64,000 nucleotides of DNA from Alphaproteobacteria bacterium (GTDB taxonomy: Bacteria > Pseudomonadota > Alphaproteobacteria > UBA828): assembly GCA_965221125.1 (NCBI GenBank), contig CBDCRW010000006.1, forward strand, positions 448,001 through 512,000, given 5' to 3'. Shown piece by piece: positions 47,294-57,021 of the stretch (position 1 is its first letter; the number at the start of each line of letters is the position of its first letter). The translations under genes were made by a program, and so were the position numbers. Under the pieces are notes generated by a model. The model was given only the letters and a program-made list of their open reading frames with translations. It was not told the origin of the DNA and searched no databases.

Positions 47294-49381
47294 CTAGTTC
47301 GCGGGGCGGGCCCAGATGGCGGTGTCGTGGAAGACCGCGCCGCCGTTGGGATAGCCGGGCTCGGCGGAGGTCAGCGTGTTGATGCCGAGCCCTTCCTCGA
47401 AGGCGGTGTTGGGCCAGATGCTCTCGACGATCACCGTGCCGCGCTGCTGGCCGTGGCCGGTGCCGTTGGCCCGGCCATTGCCGTTCGCGATGCGCGCGTG
47501 GATGAGAACGGAGCCCCGGCGGTTGCCGATGCGGACGCGGTCGCCGTCGGCGAAGCCGAGGTCGCGCGCGTCGCCGGGGTGGAAGAGGGCGGAGGGGCGC
47601 GCTTCCTTGGCGATGCTGGTGCGCGTCTCGGTGAAGCTCGAGTTGAGGTAGTTGTGCGCGGGCGCGGTGACGAGGCGGAGGGGATGCGCGGCGTCCGGCG
47701 CGTCGATCGCCGCCATGTGGTCGGGGAAGGCCGGCATCTCCGCCCCGCGCGGCCCCATGCGCGCCCAGTCCGGCTTGAAGCGGAAGCGCCCGTCCGGCCA
47801 GCCGAAGCCCTTCAGGTGATGAGCGGTCTCGAAGTCCGGCATGCAGTCCTTCCAGCGCTCCGCCTTGAGCGTCGCGGCGTCGGGGTGGCCCGAGCGCTTG
47901 AGCGTCGCGTCGATCAGCTCCCACGCCGTCATGTCGAAGCCCGGATGCTCGGCGCCCAATCGCCTGGCGAGCGCGCAAATGACGTCGTGGTTGGAGCGGG
48001 TCTCGGCGTAGGGCTCGATCGCACGGGCGCCCATGAGCAGGTAGCTGTGGCCGCCGCCCACGTAGATGTCGTCGTGTTCGAGGAAGGTCGTGGCCGGCAG
48101 CACGATGTCGGCGTAGCGCGCCGTGTCGGTCATGAACTGCTCGTGCACCGCGAGGAAGAGGTCGTCCCGCAGGAGGCCCTCGCGCACCTTCGCCGATTCG
48201 GGCGCCACCGCCGCCGGGTTCACGTTCTGCATGACGATGGCGGTGACGGGCGGGCCATCGCCGAGGTCGCCCGGATCGCCGGTCAGCACGGCGCCGATGC
48301 GTGACATGTCGAGCGTCCGCACCGAGCGGTCGCGGGCGTCGAGCCCCTCGATCAGGGTGGCGTCGACGCCGTAGACGCTCTTGTTGGTGTGCATTGCGCC
48401 GCCGCCCTCGTGCTGCCAGGCGCCGGTGACGGCGGCGATGCAGGTGGCGGCGTGCATGTTGGCGGCGCCGTTGCGCGAGCGGGTGAAGCCGTAGCCCAAG
48501 CGGATGTAGGTGCGCTTGACGCGGCCGATCATGCGGGCGAGGGCGGTGATTTCGGCGGCCGGGATTCCGGTGATGGCGGAGGCCCAGGCGGGGTCCCGGC
48601 TCGCGAGGTGGGCCTCGAACTCTTGCGGATGATCGGTGTAGCGGGCGAGGTAGTCGCGGTCCGCAAAATCCTCGGCGAAGAGCACGTGCATGATGCCGCA
48701 GGCGAGCGCGCCGTCGGTGCCCGGCCGCAGCGCCACGTGGTGATCCGCGACCTTGGCGGTGCGGGTCTCGTAGGGGTCGACCACCACGAGCGCCGCGTCC
48801 CGCGTCTTCCGCGCCTTCGCGATGTGGGTCATGACGTTGACCTGGGTGGACGCCGGGTTGCAGCCCCAGACGACGATCAGGTCGGCCTTCGCCATCTCGC
48901 GCGGATCGGAGCCCACGTAGGTGCCGACGCCGGCCCACCAGCCGTCGCTGGAGAGGCGCGAGCAGATGGTCTCGTCCTGCCCCGAGTAGCGCATGACGTG
49001 GCGCAGCCGGTTGATGCCGTCGCGCTGCACCAGGCCCATGGTGCCGGCGTAGTAGTAGGGCCAGACCGCCTCCGCGCCATGGGTCTCGGTCGCGCGGACG
49101 AATTTCTCCGCGATCAGGTCGAGCGCGTCGTCCCAGCCGATGGGGCGGAACTCGCCGGCGCCCTTCTCGCCGGTGCGCTGCAGGGGCTGGGCGAGGCGGC
49201 CGGGATGGTGCACGCGCTCGGCATAGCGCGCGACCTTGGCGCAGATGACGCCCGAGGTGTAGTCGTTCTCCCGCGCGCCCCTGACGGCGCCGATCCGATC
49301 CGGCGCCAGCCGCTCGACCTCGAGCGCGCAGGTGGACGGGCAGTCGTGGGGGCAGGCGGTGGCAACGAACTCGCTCGGCAC
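47294..49381 (-). CDS. Molybdopterin-dependent oxidoreductase (DMSO reductase family, uncharacterised subgroup)
   Basis: CPHDCPSTC...C 4Fe-4S motif, WGCNP, MTDTARYADIVLPA and LNSSF; no Tat signal. Confidence 0.92.
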   Translation of the reverse strand: MPSEFVATACPHDCPSTCALEVERLAPDRIGAVRGARENDYTSGVICAKVARYAERVHHPGRLAQPLQRTGEKGAGEFRPIGWDDALDLIAEKFVRATETHGAEAVWPYYYAGTMGLVQRDGINRLRHVMRYSGQDETICSRLSSDGWWAGVGTYVGSDPREMAKADLIVVWGCNPASTQVNVMTHIAKARKTRDAALVVVDPYETRTAKVADHHVALRPGTDGALACGIMHVLFAEDFADRDYLARYTDHPQEFEAHLASRDPAWASAITGIPAAEITALARMIGRVKRTYIRLGYGFTRSRNGAANMHAATCIAAVTGAWQHEGGGAMHTNKSVYGVDATLIEGLDARDRSVRTLDMSRIGAVLTGDPGDLGDGPPVTAIVMQNVNPAAVAPESAKVREGLLRDDLFLAVHEQFMTDTARYADIVLPATTFLEHDDIYVGGGHSYLLMGARAIEPYAETRSNHDVICALARRLGAEHPGFDMTAWELIDATLKRSGHPDAATLKAERWKDCMPDFETAHHLKGFGWPDGRFRFKPDWARMGPRGAEMPAFPDHMAAIDAPDAAHPLRLVTAPAHNYLNSSFTETRTSIAKEARPSALFHPGDARDLGFADGDRVRIGNRRGSVLIHARIANGNGRANGTGHGQQRGTVIVESIWPNTAFEEGLGINTLTSAEPGYPNGGAVFHDTAIWARPAN

Positions 49382-49512
49382 GGCGCATCCTCCTCAGGAT
49401 CCGGTGCGACATGGTAGCCCATCGCGTACCGCCCGGCACTCACGACATGCTTGCATGACATGCGCCAGTGAAGCGGTGACTCGCGAGACCGTTATGGCAG
49501 GATGAGGCCGCC

Positions 49513-50544
49513 ATGCCCGTGCCCACCACCTGCATCGGCGCCTATCCCAAGCCGCCCTACGTGCCGCGCCTGGCGTGGATGCACGGGGACATCGAGGCCG
49601 GCGAGGCCGAGGCCGGAGCACTCACGGCCGAGGAGCGGCGGGCCGCGTTCGACCGGGCGACGCGGGAGGTCGTGGCCGAGCAGGCCGCCATCGGCATCGA
49701 CATCCCGACCGACGGCGAGGTGCGGCGGGGCAACTACATCCACTACCACTGCAGCCACCTGCAGGGCTTCGAGCCCGATACGCTCACGCTCCGCACCATG
49801 CGGAACGGCGCGTGGACCGCCGAGGTGCCCACCTTCACGGGCAAGGTCGCGGCGGGCGAGCCCTTCCTGGTGCGCGACTGGCAGGTGGCGCAGGCGGCGA
49901 CGGAGAAGCCGGTCAAGATCACCGTGCCGGGGCCGCTCACCATCGCGGACTCGACCGCCAACGCCTGCGCGTCCGAGCGCCGCGCGTGGTGCGCCGACCT
50001 GGCCGACGCGCTCAACGTGGAGATCAGGCGGCTGGCCGAGGCGGGTTGCCGCCACATCCAGGTGGACGAGCCGCTCTTCGCCCGCCTGCCGGACCAGGCG
50101 CTCGACTTGGGCATCGAGAGCCTGGAACGCTGCTTTCACGGGGTGCCGGGTGGCGTGACGCGCACCATGCACATGTGCTGCGGCTATCCCGACAGGCTCG
50201 ACGAGACGGACTACGTGAAGGCCGACCCGGAAGCCTACCGTCGGCTCGCCCGCGCGGTGGAGGCCAGCTGCGTCGACGCGGTCTCCATCGAGGACGCGCA
50301 CCGGCACAACGACCTCACCCTGCTCGACGCCTTCGCCAGCACGACGGTCATCCTCGGCGTCGTCGCGATCGCGTCCAGCCGGGTGGAGACGGTGGAGGAA
50401 ATCGTCGAACGCCTGCGGGCGACGCTCGACCACATCGACGCGGACCGGCTGATGGCCGCGCCCGACTGCGGCCTCATCATGCTGGGGACTGACCTCGCGC
50501 GCGCCAAGCTCGGCCGTCTCGTCGCAGCCGCGCGCGCGGTCTGA
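49513..50544 (+). CDS. Cobalamin-independent methionine synthase II-like protein (catalytic domain only)
   Basis: TDGEVRR, PGPLT and IQVDEP motifs; Zn ligands in HMCCGY, SIE and APDCG. Confidence 0.88.
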   Translation: MPVPTTCIGAYPKPPYVPRLAWMHGDIEAGEAEAGALTAEERRAAFDRATREVVAEQAAIGIDIPTDGEVRRGNYIHYHCSHLQGFEPDTLTLRTMRNGAWTAEVPTFTGKVAAGEPFLVRDWQVAQAATEKPVKITVPGPLTIADSTANACASERRAWCADLADALNVEIRRLAEAGCRHIQVDEPLFARLPDQALDLGIESLERCFHGVPGGVTRTMHMCCGYPDRLDETDYVKADPEAYRRLARAVEASCVDAVSIEDAHRHNDLTLLDAFASTTVILGVVAIASSRVETVEEIVERLRATLDHIDADRLMAAPDCGLIMLGTDLARAKLGRLVAAARAV

Positions 50545-50608
50545 CCCGCCGCGTCGTGGAAGCCCCCGAAGACCTGTACGATAGCGGACCGGCACGGCGA
50601 GGGGAGCG

Positions 50609-51841
50609 ATGGACCGCGACGCGTGCGAGAGGATGGATCGGGAGTGCGCGCTCTCACCCCTGCGGGAACGGTTCGCCCTGCCGGAAGGCGTGCTCTATTT
50701 CGACGGCAACTCCCTCGGCGCGCTGCCGAGGACGACCGCCGCCGACATCGACCGCGCGGTCCGCGAGGAATGGGGCGGGGGCCTGGTCGAGAGCTGGCTC
50801 GACGCCGACTGGTTCTTCCTCGCGAAGAAGGCCGGCGACGCCATCGCGCCGCTGATCGGTGCCTCGGCCGGCGAGGTCGTCGTCGCGGACTCCACCTCGG
50901 TCAACCTGTTCAAGCTGGCGGCCTCCCTGCTGCGCCAGAGCGAGGGGCGGCGCACCGTCGTCACCGAGCGCGGCAACTTCCCCACCGACGTCTATATCCT
51001 GGAAGGGCTCGTCGATCTCTTCGGCGGCAGGTTCGACCTCGTGCTGGCGGAGCCCGAGGCCATCGTCCGGTCGGTCGACGAGGGCACCGCGCTGGTCCTG
51101 CTGACCCACGTCAACTTCCGCACCGGCGCCATGCACGACATGGCGCGGATCGCGGCGGACTGTGCCAGGCGCGGCGTGCCCGTGATCTGGGACCTCAGCC
51201 ATTCCGCCGGCGCCGTGCCGCTCGCGCTCAACCACTGGGGCGTGGCGTACGCCGTCGGCTGCACCTACAAATTCCTGAACGGCGGGCCGGGCGCGCCGGC
51301 CTACATCTACATGGCGGAGAGCGCCATCGCGGCGCACGAGCCGGTGATGACCGGCTGGTTCAGTCACGCAAACCAGTTCGGCTTCGAGGATCGTTACCGG
51401 CCCGCGGAGGGCATCGAGAAGTGCCTGGTCGGCACGCCGCCGATCCTCTCGCTCCGCGCCGTCATGCACGGCGTCGCAACCTTCGACGGCATCGGCATGG
51501 ACGACGTCGTCGGCAAGTCGCGGAGCCTGTCCCAGCTGTTCATCCGGCTGGCGGACGACCGGCTCGCGCGCCACGGATTTTCGCTCGCGAGCCCGAGAGA
51601 GCCCCACGAACGGGGCAGCCAGGTCTCGTTCAGGCACGGGCACGCCTACGCCGTCTCCAGGGCGCTGCGCGCCGAGGGCGTCGTGGCCGACTTCCGCAGC
51701 CCCGACATCCTGCGCTTCGGCGTCGCACCCCTCTACATCCACCACGTCGACGTGTGGGACGCGGTGGACGCGCTCGCGCGTATCATGGCCGGCGAGGGCT
51801 GGAAAGCGCACGGCGCCGACACGCCGGACCCGGTCACGTGA
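50609..51841 (+). CDS. kynU: Kynureninase
   Basis: YFDGNSLG, DSTSVNLFK, FPTD.Y, WDLSHSAG, CTYKFLNGGPG and RGSQVS motifs. Confidence 0.95.
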   Translation: MDRDACERMDRECALSPLRERFALPEGVLYFDGNSLGALPRTTAADIDRAVREEWGGGLVESWLDADWFFLAKKAGDAIAPLIGASAGEVVVADSTSVNLFKLAASLLRQSEGRRTVVTERGNFPTDVYILEGLVDLFGGRFDLVLAEPEAIVRSVDEGTALVLLTHVNFRTGAMHDMARIAADCARRGVPVIWDLSHSAGAVPLALNHWGVAYAVGCTYKFLNGGPGAPAYIYMAESAIAAHEPVMTGWFSHANQFGFEDRYRPAEGIEKCLVGTPPILSLRAVMHGVATFDGIGMDDVVGKSRSLSQLFIRLADDRLARHGFSLASPREPHERGSQVSFRHGHAYAVSRALRAEGVVADFRSPDILRFGVAPLYIHHVDVWDAVDALARIMAGEGWKAHGADTPDPVT

Positions 51842-51908
51842 GGGCGGCGGCGGCGCAATTCTCGCGGAATTGTGCTATGAGGGGCGGGTTCAGGAAAGCG
51901 GTCTCAAC

Positions 51909-52370
51909 ATGACGACATCGCCCGACAGCGACGCCAGAGCGTGCCTGCGCGAGGCCGGGCTCCGGCCCACGCGCCAGCGCATCGTGCTCGCCAGCCGCCT
52001 CTTCGGCGGGCCGCACCGGCACGTCACGGCGGCGGAGCTTCACGCCGAGGTGCTGCGGGAGGAGGCGGGAGTCTCGCTCGCCACGGTCTACAACACGCTG
52101 CACCAGTTCACGAAGGCGGGCCTCCTGCGCGAGCTGGTGGTGGACTCCGGGCCCTCCTTCTTCGACACGAACACCGCGCATCACCAGCATTTCTTCCTCG
52201 AAGACACCGGGCGGCTAGTCGATGTGCCGGGCGATCGCGTCTCGGTGAATGTCGAGCCGCCGGCGCCGCCGGGGACCACGGTCTCGCGCATCGACGTCGT
52301 CATCCGCGTGACCGGCACAGGCGCGGAAGAGGGCGCGGCCCGGCCGGGGGACCCGCACACCCTGGAATGA
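51909..52370 (+). CDS. irr: Iron response regulator Irr (Fur family)
   Basis: GLRPTRQR, SLATVYNTLHQF, FDTNTAHHQHFF and IDVVIRV motifs. Confidence 0.88.
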   Translation: MTTSPDSDARACLREAGLRPTRQRIVLASRLFGGPHRHVTAAELHAEVLREEAGVSLATVYNTLHQFTKAGLLRELVVDSGPSFFDTNTAHHQHFFLEDTGRLVDVPGDRVSVNVEPPAPPGTTVSRIDVVIRVTGTGAEEGAARPGDPHTLE

Positions 52371-52409
52371 TTCCAATCCGTTGACGGCGGCGCTGCGCTG
52401 CGTCATATA
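52362..52409 (+). promoter_or_regulatory. ICE-like (Irr) box plus sigma70-type promoter of rubrerythrin
   Basis: TGGAA-TGA-TTCCA palindrome (52363-52375), then TTGACG (52381-52386)-N17-CATATA (52404-52409). Confidence 0.65.
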
Positions 52410-52493
52410 GGGCGGCGAACGCACTGGCCGTGCCCGCGTCCCTGGGCGCGGCGGCCACATATCTCGAACCGTAGAATCAGGGGGATCAAGACC

Positions 52494-52913
52494 ATGCCTG
52501 CACTGGGTGGCAGCAAGACCGAGCAGAACCTCAAGGACGCCTTCGCCGGCGAGTCACAGGCCAACCGGCGCTATCTCTACTTCGCCCGCAAGGCCGACGT
52601 GGAGGGCTACAACGACGTCTCCGCGCTCTTCCGCTCGACCGCCGAGGGCGAGACCGGCCACGCCCACGGCCATCTCGACTTCCTGGTCGAGACCGGCGAT
52701 CCCGCCACCGGCAAGCCGATCGGCCAGACCAGCGACAACCTGGCGGCGGCGGTGGCCGGCGAGACCCACGAGTACACCGACATGTACCCCGGCATGGCGC
52801 GCACCGCGCGCGACGAGGGCTTCGACGAGATCGCCGACTGGTTCGAGACGCTCGCGAAGGCCGAGAAGTCCCACGCCGGCCGTTTCCAGAAGGCGCTGGA
52901 TTCACTCGACTAG
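52494..52913 (+). CDS. rbr: Short-chain rubrerythrin (no rubredoxin domain)
   Basis: [30 protein letters not shown] and AEKSH motifs. Confidence 0.95.
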   Translation: MPALGGSKTEQNLKDAFAGESQANRRYLYFARKADVEGYNDVSALFRSTAEGETGHAHGHLDFLVETGDPATGKPIGQTSDNLAAAVAGETHEYTDMYPGMARTARDEGFDEIADWFETLAKAEKSHAGRFQKALDSLD

Positions 52914-52983
52914 AGCGCTTCTTTCTTGCCTGATCCGGCGCTCACTGGGCGCGCATCCGCGCTCGGGCGGGCGCCGGTTTTGG

Positions 52984-54042
52984 TTAGGCGCCGGCCAGGC
53001 GGAAGATCTCGGCGTAGGCCGGGTGGATGCCCGCCGCGCCAAAAGCCTCCAGATCGCTCGAGCACGAGTTCTGGCAGAGCACGGCGGTGATCCCGCTCGC
53101 CTCTTGGTGGCCCGCCATGGTGACGTGCCCGCGCAACTGGCCGAGGTGGCCCGCGACGGTGAGGTCGCCGAAGCGGGAGACCAGGACCCCGTGGCCGCAG
53201 TGGGTGATGTTCGTGCCGGGGAAGCTGGCAGGAAGGAGCGGGCCGGTCAGGTCGGCGAGGGCGGCACGGTCCAGTATCTCGCCGGTGAAGAGCGCGTGGA
53301 CGCCGCGCGCGAGGTCGCGGGGCGTCGTGACCAGGTCGCCCGCAGCCCCGATGCCCGATAGCGGGAACCAGTCCGACGAATCCTCGGGCGGTGCGTCGGG
53401 CGTCGACGAAGCGAAGACGTACTGGCGGGCCAGGCGCTCGCTCGGAAATGCTTCGTCCCCGCCGCTCCAGGTCTCGGCCATGCCGCACGGCTCGAAGACC
53501 TCGCGCCGGAGCCAGCGGGAAAGCGGCTCGCCCCGCTCGCTGGCTACGATCTCGCCCGCCAGCACGTAGCCGGGGTTGGAGTAGACGAAGGCTTCGCCCG
53601 GCGCGATCTGCGTGCCGTTGGCGAGCGCGAATTCGACGATCCGCTGCGGCGTCCAGTCGTCGGCCGCGCCCCTGGGCATGACGGATTCGTATTCCGGCAG
53701 GCCGCTCCGGTGGCTCAGCAGGTGGCGCACGCGAATCTCGTTCGCCCGCGGCAGGTGCGGGAACCACCCCTCGATGGTCCCGTCGAGGCTGATGCGCCCT
53801 TCACTCACCAGCGCGTGCACGGCGACGGCGGTCCAGGTTTTCTTGGTGCTGGCGGTCTTGAACAGGTGGGCCGGGGCGAGCGGCGCCCCGGTCTCCCGGT
53901 CGGCGCAGCCGGCGGCAAGGGTCAGCACCTCTTCGCCCGGCCGGACGAGGGCGAGGGAGGCGCCGACGATGCCGCGCGCCACGTGCTCGCCAAGCACGCG
54001 GTCGAGCTGCGATACGAGAACGTCGCTTTCCGGCTTCAGCAT
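52984..54042 (-). CDS. Serine hydrolase, beta-lactamase/D-Ala carboxypeptidase family
   Basis: ASTKK (SxxK), LLSHRSG, YSN and GHLG motifs; no signal peptide. Confidence 0.9.
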   Translation of the reverse strand: MLKPESDVLVSQLDRVLGEHVARGIVGASLALVRPGEEVLTLAAGCADRETGAPLAPAHLFKTASTKKTWTAVAVHALVSEGRISLDGTIEGWFPHLPRANEIRVRHLLSHRSGLPEYESVMPRGAADDWTPQRIVEFALANGTQIAPGEAFVYSNPGYVLAGEIVASERGEPLSRWLRREVFEPCGMAETWSGGDEAFPSERLARQYVFASSTPDAPPEDSSDWFPLSGIGAAGDLVTTPRDLARGVHALFTGEILDRAALADLTGPLLPASFPGTNITHCGHGVLVSRFGDLTVAGHLGQLRGHVTMAGHQEASGITAVLCQNSCSSDLEAFGAAGIHPAYAEIFRLAGA

Positions 54043-54110
54043 CTCCGATCTCCGCCTTCCGCTCTGCCGCCGCTCACCATAACACGCCGGACGCGCGCTC
54101 CATTTCCCCT

Positions 54111-55628
54111 TCAGCGCAGGAACAGGCGGTAGGCGGGGTTGGCGGTCTCGTCGCGGTAGTCGTAGCCCACCTGATCGAGGAAGGACTGGAAGTCGCCGCG
54201 CTCGTCCTTGGGCACCTGCAGGCCGATGAGGACGCGGCCGTAGTCCGAGCCGTGGTTGCGGTAGTGGAACATGCTGATGTTCCAGGGCTTGCGGCCCATC
54301 CGGGTGAGGAAGTGCATGAGCGCGCCCGGCCGCTCGGGGAAGTCGAAGCGGTAGAGGACTTCGTCGAGCTCCCCCGGCGCGTGGCCGCCCACCATGTAGC
54401 GGACGTGGAGCTTGGCCATCTCGTTGTCGGTGAGATCGAGCACCGGATAGCCGTCCTGCTCCAGCGCGTCCACGAGGGACCGCTTGTCCGCGCCCGCGCC
54501 GCTGATTTCCACGCCCACGAAGATGTGCGCGGCTGCGTCGTCGGCGTAGCGGTAGTTGAACTCGGTGATCGAGCGCGTGCCGATCAGCTCGCAGAAGCGG
54601 AGCAGGCTGCCGGGGCGCTCGGGGATCGTGACCGCGAGCAGGATCTCGCGCTGCTCGCCGAGCTGGGCCCGCTGAGCGATGTGGCGGAGGCGGTCGAAGT
54701 TGACGTTGGCGCCGCTCACGACGGCGGCGAATCGCCCGTCCCTGGCGCCCTCCCGCTCGACGTGGCGCTTGAGGCCGGCGACCGCGAGCGCCCCTGCAGG
54801 CTCGGCAATGGAGCGCGTGTCCTCAAATATGTCCTTGATCGCCGCGCAGATCTCGTCGGTGGAGACGAGCACCACCTCGTCGATGCATTCCTGAGCGATG
54901 CGGAAGGGCTCGGCGCCGATCTGCTTCACCGCGACGCCGTCGGCAAAGGTGCCGACCTGGTCGAGGACGACCCGCTCGCCCGCCGCGAGCGCCGCGTGCA
55001 GGGTCGGCGTGTCCTCCGGCTCGACGCCGACGATGCGCGTCTCGGGCCACAGCGCCTTGACGTAGGCGGCGATGCCGGCGATGAGGCCGCCGCCGCCCAC
55101 GCTCACGAAGATCGCGTCGAAGGCCTCACCCTGCTGGCGCACGATCTCCATCCCCACCGTGCCCTGGCCCGCGATGACGTGCTCGTCGTCGTAGGGCGGA
55201 ATGAGGATCATCCCGCGCTCGGCGGCGAGGGCCTCCGCCGTCTCCTTCGCGCCGTCGTAGCTGTCGCCCGCGAGCAGCACCTCGGCGCCGAGGCGCTCGA
55301 CCGCGTCCACCTTGATGCGGGGTGCGGTCTCCGGCATGACGATGAGCGCGCGCGCACCGAGCCGGCGCGCGGCCAGCGCCACGCCCTGCGCATGGTTGCC
55401 GGCCGACGACGCGATGACGCCCCGCGCGCGCTCCTCAGGCGTGAGCGATGCGAGCTTGTTGTAAGCGCCCCGCAGCTTGAACGAGAAGACCGGCTGCAGG
55501 TCCTCGCGCTTGAGCCAGACCTCGCTGCCGAGCCGGGCGGAGAGTTTCGGGGCAAGCTCCAGCGGGGTCTCGCGCGCCACGTCGTAGACGCGCGCCTTCA
55601 GGATTTTCGTCACGTAGTCTCGGGGCAT
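54111..55628 (-). CDS. ilvA: Threonine ammonia-lyase, biosynthetic
   Basis: KREDLQPVFSFKLRGAYN, SAGNHAQG and VGGGGL motifs; two regulatory domains (IPERPG, FPERPG). Confidence 0.97.
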   Translation of the reverse strand: MPRDYVTKILKARVYDVARETPLELAPKLSARLGSEVWLKREDLQPVFSFKLRGAYNKLASLTPEERARGVIASSAGNHAQGVALAARRLGARALIVMPETAPRIKVDAVERLGAEVLLAGDSYDGAKETAEALAAERGMILIPPYDDEHVIAGQGTVGMEIVRQQGEAFDAIFVSVGGGGLIAGIAAYVKALWPETRIVGVEPEDTPTLHAALAAGERVVLDQVGTFADGVAVKQIGAEPFRIAQECIDEVVLVSTDEICAAIKDIFEDTRSIAEPAGALAVAGLKRHVEREGARDGRFAAVVSGANVNFDRLRHIAQRAQLGEQREILLAVTIPERPGSLLRFCELIGTRSITEFNYRYADDAAAHIFVGVEISGAGADKRSLVDALEQDGYPVLDLTDNEMAKLHVRYMVGGHAPGELDEVLYRFDFPERPGALMHFLTRMGRKPWNISMFHYRNHGSDYGRVLIGLQVPKDERGDFQSFLDQVGYDYRDETANPAYRLFLR

Positions 55629-55732
55629 GGGGCGGCGCTCGTTGGCTGGCGGCGGTCGCGGGCGCCGATCTGTTCACCGGCGGCAGAAGCGTGCGACAAG
55701 CACATGGGCGCGCCGCGGGATCGAGTCAACGA

Positions 55733-55771
55733 CTCAGTCGTCCGCCTCAGTCGCCCGCCTCAGTCACCCGT
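55733..55771. repeat. 13-bp tandem repeat x3 in a divergent promoter region
   Basis: CTCAGTCGTCCGC / CTCAGTCGCCCGC / CTCAGTCACCCGT. Confidence 0.8.
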
Positions 55772-55829
55772 TCCTGAATCGCTCCGCCCCGGATACCATC
55801 GCGCCTTCGGCTGAGCGAGGAGACGACCA

Positions 55830-57014
55830 GTGCCAGGACCGCTCGACGGCTACCGCGTGATCGACCTCACATCGATGGTCTCCGGCCCCTTGGCCACCAT
55901 GATGCTGGGGGATCAGGGCGCCGACGTGATCAAGGTGGAAGCGATGGGCCAGGGCGATCACACGCGCACCGGCAGCAACCGCTCCAACGGGCTTTCCTCG
56001 GGCTTTCTCAACGTCAACCGCAACAAGCGCTCGCTTGCGGTGAACCTGAAGGATGCGCGCGGGCGCGACGCCGTGATGCGCCTGGCCGCAGGCGCGGACG
56101 TCTTCATCCAGAATTTCCGGCCCGGCGTGGTCGAGCGGCTGGGCGTGGCCGAGCCCGACATCCGCGCCGCCAACCCCCGCATCGTCTACGTCTCGATCAA
56201 CGGCTTCGGCGAGACCGGGCCTTACGCGACGAAGCGCGTCTACGACCCCATCATCCAGGCGGCGTCGGGCCTTGCCTCGGTCCAGGGCGGCTCGGACGAC
56301 GCGCGCCCGCGCCTCGTGCGCACGATCCTGCCGGACAAGCTCACCGGCGTGACCGCGGCGCAGGCCGTCACCGCCGCGCTGCTCGCCCGCGAGCGGACGG
56401 GCGCGGGCCAGCACGTTCGGCTCTCGATGCTGGATGCCGTCGTCTCCTTCCTCTGGGCGTCGGACATGGGCGGCCAGACCTTCCTTGAGCAGCCGCCGAC
56501 GGAGCAGCGGGCGGCGAGCTTCATCGACCTCATCTACGAGACGAAGGACGGCCACATGAGCGTCGCCGTGATGAGCGACCGCGAGTGGCTCGGCCTCACG
56601 CGCGCGCTGGAGCGGCCGGAGTGGCTGGAGGACGCGCGCTTCAGGACGCCTGCGCTCCGCGACGAGAACATCGACGACCGCCTGGCGCTCACCCAGGAGG
56701 CGCTGCGCGAGCGCACCACCGACGAGTGGATGGAGCGGCTGGAGGCCGAGGGCGTGCCCTGCGCGCCGGTGCTGACGCGGAACGCGCTCGTGGAGCACCC
56801 GCAGGTCGCCGCCAGCGGCACCCTCGTCGAGGTCGACCATCCCGTCGCGGGCCGGATGCGACAGGCGCGGCCGGCGGCGCGCTTCGAGGCGACGCCGAGC
56901 ACGATCCGGCGCGGCGCGCCGCTTCTCGGCGAGCACTCGGAAGAGCTGCTGGCGGAAGCCGGTCTCGCCGCCGACGAGATCGCCGCGTTGCACGACGCCG
57001 GCGTGATCGCCTGA
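55830..57014 (+). CDS. Family III CoA-transferase (CaiB/BaiF)
   Basis: GADVIKVE, NRNKRS, NFRPGV, GFGETGP, active-site Asp in LPDKLTG, and APLLGEH. Confidence 0.94.
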   Translation: MPGPLDGYRVIDLTSMVSGPLATMMLGDQGADVIKVEAMGQGDHTRTGSNRSNGLSSGFLNVNRNKRSLAVNLKDARGRDAVMRLAAGADVFIQNFRPGVVERLGVAEPDIRAANPRIVYVSINGFGETGPYATKRVYDPIIQAASGLASVQGGSDDARPRLVRTILPDKLTGVTAAQAVTAALLARERTGAGQHVRLSMLDAVVSFLWASDMGGQTFLEQPPTEQRAASFIDLIYETKDGHMSVAVMSDREWLGLTRALERPEWLEDARFRTPALRDENIDDRLALTQEALRERTTDEWMERLEAEGVPCAPVLTRNALVEHPQVAASGTLVEVDHPVAGRMRQARPAARFEATPSTIRRGAPLLGEHSEELLAEAGLAADEIAALHDAGVIA

Positions 57015-57021
57015 GCCCCGC

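Noticed and set aside
47451-47490. ANGNGRANGTGHG low-complexity insert in the molybdoenzyme C-terminal domain
   Set aside because: Looks like a short loop duplication; frame and flanking motifs are intact.
49382-49512. SAM or cobalamin riboswitch upstream of the MetE-like gene
   Set aside because: No recognisable consensus elements in the 130-bp region.
55629-55830. Leader-peptide attenuator for ilvA
   Set aside because: No short Ile/Leu/Val-rich ORF or U-tailed terminator is visible on the minus strand.
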